DNA of 64,000 nucleotides from Candidatus Binatia bacterium. GTDB taxonomy: Bacteria; Desulfobacterota; Binatia; Bin18. This document shows positions 38,901 to 46,855 of this stretch, piece by piece (positions within the stretch are counted from its first letter, which is position 1; every line of letters begins with the position of its first letter). The position numbers and the translations under genes are program-made. The stretch is taken from positions 1,504,001-1,568,000 of the forward strand of contig OY761159.2 in NCBI GenBank assembly GCA_963664395.2. The letters run 5' to 3'. The notes under the pieces are model-generated. The model made no database searches and was not told where the DNA came from. It was given only the letters and a program-made list of their open reading frames with translations.

Positions 38901-39467
38901 AAAATCACACAGAGATTTCAAATGGGACACTGAGAGACCGGCTCGAAACGCCCGGCGTATCAGGTCCGAGCTGGCATTCAGACCTTGCAGCTCTTGCGTG
39001 AGCCAGGCGTGCCAGACTTGGTCGTGCAGCAGGCCTGTCTGGGCCTGGTTTAAGACCGTAAAGGCCGGGTCCAGTCCGACCTCCAGCGCTCGTTCACGTA
39101 AGAGCGCAGCGCACAACGCGTGTATGGTCATCACCATCGCCCGATCAAGCTGAGGCAGCACAGACTGTAAGGCTGTCCGCTCTGCCTCAGGCAGGGACGT
39201 TTGGAGCGCAGACTCAACGGTCGTGCGCAGCCGCGTCCGGAGCTCAGCCGCGGCTTTCTCCGTAAAGGTGATGACAGCAACCCGGCTCAGCGGACTCCGA
39301 CCGGTGCGCAGCAGTGCCAGCAACCGGCTCAGCAACAGTTGCGTCTTGCCTGTTCCCGCCCCGGCTTCAAGCAGAAATGTGGTCTGAAAATCTGAGACAA
39401 CGCACTGCTGAGCCAAGTTGTCCGAGGGGTTGTCCGAGGGGTTGTCCAAGAGGGCAGATGGGGTCAT
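35988..39467 (-). CDS. addA: AddA-like UvrD-family helicase
   Basis: EAGAGTGKT, ITFTEKAAAEL, VDEVQDTD, VGDPQQSIYRFRRA, TIHKAKGLEF and YVAATRA motifs; ATGA overlap with addB. Confidence 0.9.
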   Translation of the reverse strand: MTPSALLDNPSDNPSDNLAQQCVVSDFQTTFLLEAGAGTGKTQLLLSRLLALLRTGRSPLSRVAVITFTEKAAAELRTRLRTTVESALQTSLPEAERTALQSVLPQLDRAMVMTIHALCAALLRERALEVGLDPAFTVLNQAQTGLLHDQVWHAWLTQELQGLNASSDLIRRAFRAGLSVSHLKSLCDFLVEQRDCMAWLPASVASRIPIYCAEIHAAVARLTTLQDCCQDATDNAFEQITSLIDIVPTADYQDNEAAWQHFLFHRLTVQPRKGRQTNWQPTAALHEARTLLTQIKDLHLKARAAWLHDLTVGLAGWLGGYLRAYQAKKQQQGCLDFLDLLVLMRNGLKQNRELRRYFQQKFDFLLVDEVQDTDPLQAEILFFLAEDQPQADGWTQVALRAGKLFLVGDPQQSIYRFRRADLEIYHLLRSAIRRQGQILALSTNFRMRAALVKWMNDTFSRVLDNVDDPDQPGYLPLRAVSSEDQEGQEGPTVFLLDLPQSEPHEQANQANQVNQVNLNVRRNTEARCTVRFIREIVEHKTLATQGGQPLTYSDMAILCRTNRSVEIYERALRDAQIPYRSTGTRRVASSQEQTDIQACVRTLLHPADATAMVATLRSALFGFSDEELAQFRCAGGAFDYLSGRVPAQLACADRFHAAFALLRTLHQSHTAQSAQGAGAGLSSLLSEIYTHTPLLLLFAQRPHGPQRVRHLLQLVEALRGISDGDAGDFSTDFLDRLLTSALDESELGESLAESGQGQLAAEQDNTLDDLHDALHVLTIHKAKGLEFPLVIVAESGAQSNRLTRMGLVSRKDARLELHVGPRNLNCCTLGWQEAEVRERNREAAEERRLWYVAATRAREYVVFPLHPPSDAKKGDTVLHTVLRAISAETRHTAQHGVIIAPSRPDQPQVLPDPAGFQEKEAASAVPEPPIFSVSPVSSGLERDAAQYSDIADIADIVWITERRRLIAKGRRKRQTQRVIRRENVSWRQAQQAQQAQLDRLITQTALQLRQEKDLGVPLQVQSSAKYMHASGGPFTDDVQQYIARAAIWPRMQVAPKCLVNEVFALHSGPSVLTGRIPLAFLEGEKWFIADFFLGEAYLSGKEHDLTYEMLGPGALALEQLTPFPVQELLLFLVNRQQEICVRWEGHGKGSVQEQLLEQK

Positions 39468-42400
39468 GCCTGTGACCGTACCCAGCGCCATGCGGTTGTG
39501 TGGGGGTCTTGCAGTTTCTGTTCAGCCCATTCAGGGCCATGCGGGTGACAGATTCCGGGAAATGCGCACGACAGACATGCATCAGCAACGGGAAAGAACA
39601 GACCGGAAGTCATGCCTTCGGCCAGGCGTGTGAGTATCGTCCGGAGCGTTCCCAGCGTTGCCGCTAATGTCTCTGCGGTCAAGGACTTTTTGTCATGCTG
39701 AGCAGTCCCGTCAACACTCGTGTACTCCGCACAGACCCAGTGGAGGTCCGGTCGGAGATACTGGGCAGCGTAGAGATAGAGGGCCAATTGGAGCGCCGTT
39801 CCACCGGCAAAGCCCCAAGATGGTATCCGGCCTGTTTTATAGTCAAGAATGCGCGCGGCGTTGTGTTCAGCCGAGACATCGACCCGGTCAATCCGCCCGC
39901 GGAGTTGGACCTCTTCCCCTGTATCGAGGAGAAAGGGGGCGGAGTGGATAGGGAAAAATTCCGCGGCCGTCTTTTCCGTCTCCTCGGCCCCGATACCAAA
40001 AAACACCTCAAAAGCCTCCGGACGGAAATCTCGTGCAGTCTGGCGTTCTCGCTGGAGAAAGGCGTGCAAGCGCCGCGTCAGGTGTTCACGCTCAAGCTCC
40101 CAGAGCAGGGGCAGCCCAACTGGCCGTGTCTGCGCAAACACGGCAAAATGCTCCTCCGCTATCTGGGTGATCTGGGTAAGCAGGCGCCGCTCATCATCAA
40201 CCGGAAGCGTGGACAGGGACAATTGGTCAGTCTGCCGGAGACGGGAGAAAAAATCGTACAGGATAGCATGCACCAACACACCACGATCACGCGGGAGGAG
40301 GGCAAAAATCTGTTCCGGCTCTTCCCACGGTTTGAGATCAAGCACTGTCTCCAGAAAATAGCGAAACGGACAGCGCGCATAGGTTTCGAGGCGGCTGGCG
40401 GACAAACGCAGCCCATGCGGGAAGAGGTGCTGACGCAGCGTGTTCTTGACGGCCTCCGCTTGCATACATCCATCAAAGGCCGTGAGTTGCGGGCTGTCCC
40501 AACGCTGCGCTATCGCCCGAGCGGCGGGAGCAAAAAACGGCAACGTCTGGAGTCCGGCGTGAATCGCTGGGAGAGAGGAGCCATTTTCGACGTGACGGGC
40601 AGGGGCAGAAGCATAGGCCAGGTGAAATTCCAGAGCGTCCACCGCATGCCGAGCGCCTTGTGCATGTACTCCAGCCGTTGCAGGCGTTGGTATTCCAGCT
40701 ATCCAGCGACTCCGGTGTTTCAGATCGACAAGCGTCGCCTGACGGCCACACAGCACACTGACCGTATGTAAGAGAAGCAGCGCGGGAGGACGCGGCAGAC
40801 CGTGTATGCTGCGTGGGTAGGTCAGACATAACACCTCTTGCGCACTTTGGGTCGCCAACGTGAAAAGCAGTTGTTCGCGTTCGGCAACCAGGCGGCGTGC
40901 AGGCACGTCCGTCGTCAGCACTTCGGCAAGGTGCTGGCGCTCGGCATCGGACAAAATAGGGTCACGAGACGGGAGGCTCGGCCCGGACTCTTCCGCAAGT
41001 CCGGGCATGATGACAGCTCGAAAGCGCAGGCCATACGCGTGTGCCAAATCGCCGAGAAAGACTCCGCTCGTCTGCGATTTCCTGGGTCGAACTTTTGCCC
41101 GGGAGAGGAGGGCAAGAACAGCCCCGGCCCATTCCTCAGCGCGCCCTGTCTCATCCGATAGAAAAAGCGGAGAGAGACTCCGCAGAGTCTCCTCAATGTC
41201 CGGACTAGGCTGACCTGCACCTTCCCGGTCCAGTGCCTCGTCACTCCAAGATATATGACTGGAGATATCACTGGAGATGTCACTGGAGATGTCACTGGAG
41301 ATGTCACTGGAGATGTCACAAGAGGTGTTACAAGAAATATCTCTGGACACGTAGTCTCTATACAGCCGCAGGAAGTGTTCAACCCAGCCTCCCCAGGTCT
41401 GTTGGTCTCGAACCATTTTTACGTCAGTCAGAAAACGCGCCATAAATCTGACAAACAAACGGAGCAAACGGAGGGAGTCCGCCGCCTGCCCGGCCACTGC
41501 GTTTTGGTAGCGTGCTTCAAGCGCGGCGAGTCGAACGCGCCATTCCTGGCCGCCGCGCCCTATGCCGGCCTCCAGACAGAGGGCTTCCCACTGGGCGATA
41601 TGCGCCTCTGAAACGGTTGCACCAATAAGGTCCTGAAACGGGGGGTGGGCACGCCATAGGAAGGCAAAAAGACGCTGCCGCGGACAGTCTTCAGACACGA
41701 TATGACACAACGCTTGCACGGCTTTCCCCAGCCGCGTGGCAAGCAACGGCTGCTCCTCAACGGATGTACACGGAATCCCAAGGCGGGAGAGCGTCTCCAG
41801 CAGCAGCGGGCCATAGGTTTTCGACTCGTTGAGAAGTACGCCAATCTCGTCAAACGTGTAGTCCTGCTCTCGAACAAGCGAAAAGATCACCCGTGCAATT
41901 TCACGCGCCTCCTGGGTTTGATCCGGTGCGGAAATGATTTGAAGAGAGGTATCCGGAGAAGTATCCGGAGAGGTATCCGGAGAGGTATCCGGAGAAGTAT
42001 CCGGAGAGGTATCCGGAGAAGTGTCTTGGAGAGTCGAAACAGGACGCGGGCCCGTCTGAGCCGGTGCTTCCCCCTCCCAGGCCCGCTCAAAAAGCCGTGT
42101 TTGTACCTGAGAGAGATCACAGCCTGGGGCCGGCGAACGGGCTAATGGAGAAGACTGAAAACCCCGCCCGTTGAGCCAGCTCAATACGGGAGTCACCGTC
42201 TCGTATGCCGAGCCGGGCCGCCAGGGAAGAAAGACGAGGGCATCACCCTGAGTGAAAATCGCTTCCAAAAAACGACGCTGCCGGGCGGTATACTCAGTAC
42301 AACCATACACAAGCAGCGGCCCATCCCACACCGACGTTGTAGACTGGCCACTTGCGGGTGTGAACAGACCGGCGTCATCAACGAGGTGCCGTTCGTCCAA

Positions 42401-42901
42401 GAACTCTTCATACCGCGTGTAGACGTCCAGCAGATTACGTATTTTCTCTCGATATAATACGTCCTGCGCAGGAATCCGGGTATAAAACACTTGCAGCTGG
42501 GATGGCTGAATGCCCGCCTGCTTGAGGTCTGACAGCGTCTCACTCAAGAACTGGGGAAACCGAGGCTGCCGGGCGAAAGCCTGAAATCCGCCGCCGGCTT
42601 GTTCCTGCAATAGTTTCTTTACCAGAAGCGGAGCTAACGCGGCTGAGACTCGACGTTTCCGCCTCGGCCGCTCTTCAGTCCGGCGCACCGCAAAGTCGCT
42701 CAGCGTCGTAAACCGAAGTCCCAAATGCCCGTCACCCGCCCTGGCGATTGCGGTGCTGAGCTGCGACCCGATCAGGCCGCTGGGAACAATAATCGTGAGT
42801 GGAGTAAGCGCATCGGCAGCTTTCAGCGTTTGTACAGCGGCAATGAGCGCATCTTGCAAAACAGCAAGCGAGTCGGAGACAAATACTCGCTTTTGAGACA
42901 T
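39464..42901 (-). CDS. addB: AddB-like PD-(D/E)XK nuclease subunit
   Basis: LSASRLETYARCPFRYF, RGRIDRVD, ILDYKTG, LQLALY and C-terminal CxxCxxxxxC Fe-S cysteines. Confidence 0.88.
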   Translation of the reverse strand: MSQKRVFVSDSLAVLQDALIAAVQTLKAADALTPLTIIVPSGLIGSQLSTAIARAGDGHLGLRFTTLSDFAVRRTEERPRRKRRVSAALAPLLVKKLLQEQAGGGFQAFARQPRFPQFLSETLSDLKQAGIQPSQLQVFYTRIPAQDVLYREKIRNLLDVYTRYEEFLDERHLVDDAGLFTPASGQSTTSVWDGPLLVYGCTEYTARQRRFLEAIFTQGDALVFLPWRPGSAYETVTPVLSWLNGRGFQSSPLARSPAPGCDLSQVQTRLFERAWEGEAPAQTGPRPVSTLQDTSPDTSPDTSPDTSPDTSPDTSPDTSLQIISAPDQTQEAREIARVIFSLVREQDYTFDEIGVLLNESKTYGPLLLETLSRLGIPCTSVEEQPLLATRLGKAVQALCHIVSEDCPRQRLFAFLWRAHPPFQDLIGATVSEAHIAQWEALCLEAGIGRGGQEWRVRLAALEARYQNAVAGQAADSLRLLRLFVRFMARFLTDVKMVRDQQTWGGWVEHFLRLYRDYVSRDISCNTSCDISSDISSDISSDISSDISSHISWSDEALDREGAGQPSPDIEETLRSLSPLFLSDETGRAEEWAGAVLALLSRAKVRPRKSQTSGVFLGDLAHAYGLRFRAVIMPGLAEESGPSLPSRDPILSDAERQHLAEVLTTDVPARRLVAEREQLLFTLATQSAQEVLCLTYPRSIHGLPRPPALLLLHTVSVLCGRQATLVDLKHRSRWIAGIPTPATAGVHAQGARHAVDALEFHLAYASAPARHVENGSSLPAIHAGLQTLPFFAPAARAIAQRWDSPQLTAFDGCMQAEAVKNTLRQHLFPHGLRLSASRLETYARCPFRYFLETVLDLKPWEEPEQIFALLPRDRGVLVHAILYDFFSRLRQTDQLSLSTLPVDDERRLLTQITQIAEEHFAVFAQTRPVGLPLLWELEREHLTRRLHAFLQRERQTARDFRPEAFEVFFGIGAEETEKTAAEFFPIHSAPFLLDTGEEVQLRGRIDRVDVSAEHNAARILDYKTGRIPSWGFAGGTALQLALYLYAAQYLRPDLHWVCAEYTSVDGTAQHDKKSLTAETLAATLGTLRTILTRLAEGMTSGLFFPVADACLSCAFPGICHPHGPEWAEQKLQDPHTTAWRWVRSQA
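41258..41347. repeat. In-frame 12-bp tandem repeat in addB (DISS, about 5-7 copies)
   Basis: CACTGGAGATGT units. Confidence 0.85.
41946..42023. repeat. In-frame 12-bp tandem repeat in addB (DTSP, about 6 copies)
   Basis: GTATCCGGAGAG/GTATCCGGAGAA units. Confidence 0.85.
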
Positions 42902-42955
42902 ACGTTCTTGCCTGAGGCTCCTCCGCTCACCATTGCCATTGTCGCTGGAAGAGTC

Positions 42956-44329
42956 CTAGCGTTTGAAGAGCACGACTTCGAGCGTTTTATCGCTATAGCG
43001 ATGCTTGAAGCTCGATATCGCCCCACTCACATCAATCCGTTTGTTGAAATCAGGGGGAAACGAGGACGAGACCGCGGCGATTTTACGCACATCAAGCTCA
43101 CGGATACTGCCTCGCACCAGGAAAGTGCCATCCTTAAGAGCAAGGCTGTACTCGTAATCGGGCATTTCATCGCCAATCCCCAGCTCGCGCTTGGCCGCGG
43201 AAACCGGGACGCGGCGCGGGAATTCCATACGCAGGAGATAGGCATTGCCCTGTTCTTCAACCGTATAGCGCTCGCCGTAGCGCCGCGAACGTTCGGTCTT
43301 TTCATCAAACTCCGGTGTGTAATAGCCCTCGACAGGTTGGTCGCCCTTATCAGGCGTCCGTCCTCCGGAAGCGGCGAGAAAAGGAGCCATGGCCGGCGCA
43401 AGCGGCAGGCCATAGAACGTCCCACGCAGCGGAGTTTCTTCGGTCGGAACGCCCTGAAAGAAAGACTCGCGCAGACGGATTAACGTTTCCACCGAAGCAA
43501 TGAGCAGGCCAAGAAAGATGAACTTATTCGTCGCCTGACTGAAGAGTTCTCCCCCCAAAGCCACGGTATATACGGCCAGTAGAATAATCGGATACAGGAC
43601 CATATTGAAAAGAATGTTCAGGCCGGTCGCAGTCCCAACATGAAAATAGCGCGTATCCCCAACAGACTGCTCAAGCGCCCGTTTGGTTGAGAGCGGCAAC
43701 GCGCCGAGGATGGGCTGGGCTGAGGCAAGGAGCACCCCAAGAATTGAATTGTTTTGCGGTGGCTGGACTCGGGCAAGAGCCTGTGCATACGTGCCGGCCA
43801 GTTCGCCCTCAAAGACTTTTTCCTCAACAACCTTTTTGGGCGCAACCGGCTTGGGTGTCGGCGCTGCTACGACTGGCGCCACCGCAACGGGGACCGCCAC
43901 CGGAGCAGGAGCTGCCACGGGTGTTGCGGATGCAACAGGTTCAGCCGCGCCATTTGCGGCCGGCGCCTCGGCGGCGACCGGAGCAGCGTCTCCCCCGTCC
44001 CCTTTGAAGCGCGACGGGAAATCCGCGCCAAACGTTTGCTCGGGATGCAACGCCTTGGCCCGCACCAGTAACGCTTCTTCGGTCTCCACAATGTCCGGGT
44101 TGGGCAGGCAGCAGTCTACCGGACACACCGCCGCACATGCCTCCTGATCGAAAAATCCCACACATTCGGTACACTTGTCCGGCACGATATAGAAAATGTC
44201 CTCATCAATCGCCGGGTGCTGCGCGCCGTTAAACTCCCACTCCACGCCCCCCTGATAGATCGCCGTATTCGGACACTCCGGTTCGCACGCCGCGCAGTTA
44301 ATACAGTCCTCGGTGATGATCGTCGCCAT
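42956..44329 (-). CDS. YfhL-type 4Fe-4S dicluster ferredoxin fused to membrane and Hsp20-like domains
   Basis: CINCAACEPECP and CTECVG...CAAVCPVDCC motifs; Ala/Pro linker, 2-3 TM helices, beta-rich C-terminus ending TLEVVLFK. Confidence 0.8.
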   Translation of the reverse strand: MATIITEDCINCAACEPECPNTAIYQGGVEWEFNGAQHPAIDEDIFYIVPDKCTECVGFFDQEACAAVCPVDCCLPNPDIVETEEALLVRAKALHPEQTFGADFPSRFKGDGGDAAPVAAEAPAANGAAEPVASATPVAAPAPVAVPVAVAPVVAAPTPKPVAPKKVVEEKVFEGELAGTYAQALARVQPPQNNSILGVLLASAQPILGALPLSTKRALEQSVGDTRYFHVGTATGLNILFNMVLYPIILLAVYTVALGGELFSQATNKFIFLGLLIASVETLIRLRESFFQGVPTEETPLRGTFYGLPLAPAMAPFLAASGGRTPDKGDQPVEGYYTPEFDEKTERSRRYGERYTVEEQGNAYLLRMEFPRRVPVSAAKRELGIGDEMPDYEYSLALKDGTFLVRGSIRELDVRKIAAVSSSFPPDFNKRIDVSGAISSFKHRYSDKTLEVVLFKR

Positions 44330-44445
44330 ACTGAACGGTTCTCCTTCTGCAAGTCAGTAGCTATTCAGTAGTTATAGTGTAGCAGCCCTTCATCTAACGG
44401 GTTTATGCTACTCGGTCAACGCGATCTCGATATTGTCTGATAATA

Positions 44446-44474
44446 TTGACAGCTATGGATTGCAGACCTAATGT
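44446..44474 (+). promoter_or_regulatory. Putative sigma-70 promoter of comEA
   Basis: TTGACA-17 bp-TAATGT, followed by an AGGAGG RBS. Confidence 0.5.
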
Positions 44475-44505
44475 ATTTTCTCATTCTATTTTCCAAGGAG
44501 GAAGT

Positions 44506-44898
44506 ATGAAACATATGTCTGCATGGTTAGCGCTTGGGATTTTCGCTATCGGCTGCTTCATCGGGACGCCCGGCTGGGCGGATCACCATGAGGCTACTGA
44601 AGCGGCTGAGGCTACTGAAGCGGCTGAGGCTACTGAAGCAACTGAAGCTACTGAAGCAACTGAAGCTACTGGGCCGATTGACATCAACATGGCGGATGCA
44701 GCCACGTTGCAGACCCTGCCCGGCATCGGTGAAACAAAAGCCGCGGCCATTATTGCCCATCGCGGAGAAAACGGTCCGTTTCAGGCCTTAGAAGACCTGA
44801 AAAACGTCAACGGCATCGGCGATAAGACGTTTGAGGGTCTGAAAGAGAAAATTACGGTCGGGGCCAGCACACAACCCGCGGACGCTTCAGCAGAGTAG
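44506..44898 (+). CDS. comEA: ComEA DNA receptor (helix-hairpin-helix)
   Basis: Signal peptide, EAT/EAA repeat linker, IDINMAD...LPGIGETKA..I..HR.ENGPF...VNGIG. Confidence 0.9.
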   Translation: MKHMSAWLALGIFAIGCFIGTPGWADHHEATEAAEATEAAEATEATEATEATEATGPIDINMADAATLQTLPGIGETKAAAIIAHRGENGPFQALEDLKNVNGIGDKTFEGLKEKITVGASTQPADASAE

Positions 44899-44921
44899 CA
44901 GCGCTTCTGAACAATGCTGTC

Positions 44922-44952
44922 AGGGCGGCCTCCGTGGTCGCCCTTCTTTTTT
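44922..44952 (+). terminator. Rho-independent terminator after comEA
   Basis: AGGGCGGCC-TCCGT-GGTCGCCCT followed by a T-tract. Confidence 0.75.
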
Positions 44953-46828
44953 GAGGATTCGGGTGGATAACGCCTTCTCTCATAGTGCCGAGCTCGAAGC
45001 CAAGCTCATCACGCTACCAGCCGGCCCCGGCGTCTATAAATTCAAGGATCAAGGCGGAACCGTTATCTATGTCGGTAAAGCGAAGAATCTGCGCGCACGG
45101 GTCAGACAGTATGCTCGGGGTGGAGATGGTCGCGCCCAAATCCGCTTTCTGCTCGCCCAACTGGCCGATGTCGAGGTCATTGTTACGAACAGCGAAAAAG
45201 AGGCGCTGCTGCTCGAAGACACCCTCATTAAGCAGTTCCAGCCGCGGTATAATATTCGTCTCAAAGACAATGCTTCGTATTGGCACGTGAAGGTCACCCC
45301 CCATGCCGAATGGCCGCGTCTTGTGTTGACCCGCCAGGTGGCCAAGGACGGCAGCAAATATCTTGGTCCGTTCCATTCCAGCACCGCAGTCCAAGAAACC
45401 CTGGAGATTATTCGGAAGGTTTTTCCCCTCCGGACGTGTACGGACACCGTTTTTCGCAACCGCACCAGACCGTGCCTGGAATATCAGATCAAGCGCTGCC
45501 TCGGCCCCTGCACGCTGCCGGTCAACCCCGAAGACTACCAGCACCAACTGAAAAACGCGCTGCTGCTACTCGAAGGCAAGAGCACCCAACTGGCAGACCG
45601 ACTCAGCCGGCAGATGAACGAGGCAGCCGAGGCCCTTCGTTTTGAAGAAGCCGCGCGGCTGCGCGATCAGATCCGGGCCATGACAAAAACCGCCGAAAAG
45701 CAGCAAGTCGCCACACCCCTTGGCAACGATCAGGATATTTTCGGTTTGTATCGTGAAGGCGGACTCATCGAAGGCCAGGTCCTATTTGTGCGCGGTGGGA
45801 AACTCGTTGGCAATCTGGCCTATAGCTTTGATGATAATGAGTTTCCTGACGAAGAGGTAATGGCAGAATTCCTCAGTCAGTTCTACCAGGGCATCCGGTT
45901 TACACCCGACGATATCCTGTTACCCATTGTGCTCGACGATGCAGCCGTCCGGGCCGAACTCCTGACAGAGCGCAAGCACAAGAAGGTCAGTCTGCTCTGT
46001 CCGCAGCGGGGGGACAAACTCCGGCTGGTTGAAATGGCCCAGGAAAACGCCCGTCACAGCTTTGTCGAAAAACGCCGTGGAGAAGAACATAAAGAGAAAA
46101 CGCTCGACAGCTTACGCCGCGCGCTGCATCTGCGAAACGCCCCAAAACGTATTGAGTGTTTCGACATCTCGAATACCCAGGGCAATCTCGCCGTCGGTTC
46201 CATGGTCGTGTTTGATGAATGCGAGCCGGAGAAGAACCGCTACCGTCGCTTTCGGATCAAAACAGTCCAAGGAGCGGATGATTTTGGCATGATGTATGAA
46301 GTCCTCACCCGCCGCTATCGGCGCGCCTTGGAGGAGCACGACCTGCCGGACCTCCTCATGGTTGATGGCGGCAAGGGCCAACTCGGGGTTGCGGTTGAGG
46401 TCCTTCGAGAGTTGGAGATTACTGAGGTCGATGTGATTGGCCTGGCCAAGATGCGCACCGAACGGGACCCGTTTGCGGAAGAGGTCGCCCATTCCTCTGA
46501 GCGCGTCTTTCTGCCCGGTCGAAAGAATCCGGTCGTCCTCAAACCCAATGCAACCGCCCTCTTCCTCTTACAACGTGTCAGGGATGAGGCGCACCGCTTT
46601 GCCATTACCTATCATCGGAACCTGCGCGCAAAAGAACGACTCAGTTCGCCGCTTGATGCGATTAGCGGCGTTGGTCCGGCCAAACGCAAAGCGCTCCTCC
46701 GGCATTTTGGGAGCCTCAAACGCGTACGTGCCGCCGCGCCTGAAGCGTTGGGCCAGGTAGGAGGGATTACCCCGGCCTTAGCTGAAAAAATCCATCAGCA
46801 CTTGCGGGAACATCCCGCACCGCGCTAA
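44951..46828 (+). CDS. uvrC: Excinuclease ABC subunit C
   Basis: PGVY...IYVGKAKNLRARV GIY-YIG, IECFDISN, DGGKGQL, RDEAHRFA and HhH motifs; exact start uncertain. Confidence 0.96.
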   Translation: MRIRVDNAFSHSAELEAKLITLPAGPGVYKFKDQGGTVIYVGKAKNLRARVRQYARGGDGRAQIRFLLAQLADVEVIVTNSEKEALLLEDTLIKQFQPRYNIRLKDNASYWHVKVTPHAEWPRLVLTRQVAKDGSKYLGPFHSSTAVQETLEIIRKVFPLRTCTDTVFRNRTRPCLEYQIKRCLGPCTLPVNPEDYQHQLKNALLLLEGKSTQLADRLSRQMNEAAEALRFEEAARLRDQIRAMTKTAEKQQVATPLGNDQDIFGLYREGGLIEGQVLFVRGGKLVGNLAYSFDDNEFPDEEVMAEFLSQFYQGIRFTPDDILLPIVLDDAAVRAELLTERKHKKVSLLCPQRGDKLRLVEMAQENARHSFVEKRRGEEHKEKTLDSLRRALHLRNAPKRIECFDISNTQGNLAVGSMVVFDECEPEKNRYRRFRIKTVQGADDFGMMYEVLTRRYRRALEEHDLPDLLMVDGGKGQLGVAVEVLRELEITEVDVIGLAKMRTERDPFAEEVAHSSERVFLPGRKNPVVLKPNATALFLLQRVRDEAHRFAITYHRNLRAKERLSSPLDAISGVGPAKRKALLRHFGSLKRVRAAAPEALGQVGGITPALAEKIHQHLREHPAPR

Positions 46829-46855
46829 CAGACGCGTCGATCGTTCGTATCAATT

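Noticed and set aside
41946-42023. Regular repeats in addB as a possible CRISPR array
   Set aside because: 12-bp head-to-tail units with no spacers, in frame within a CDS.
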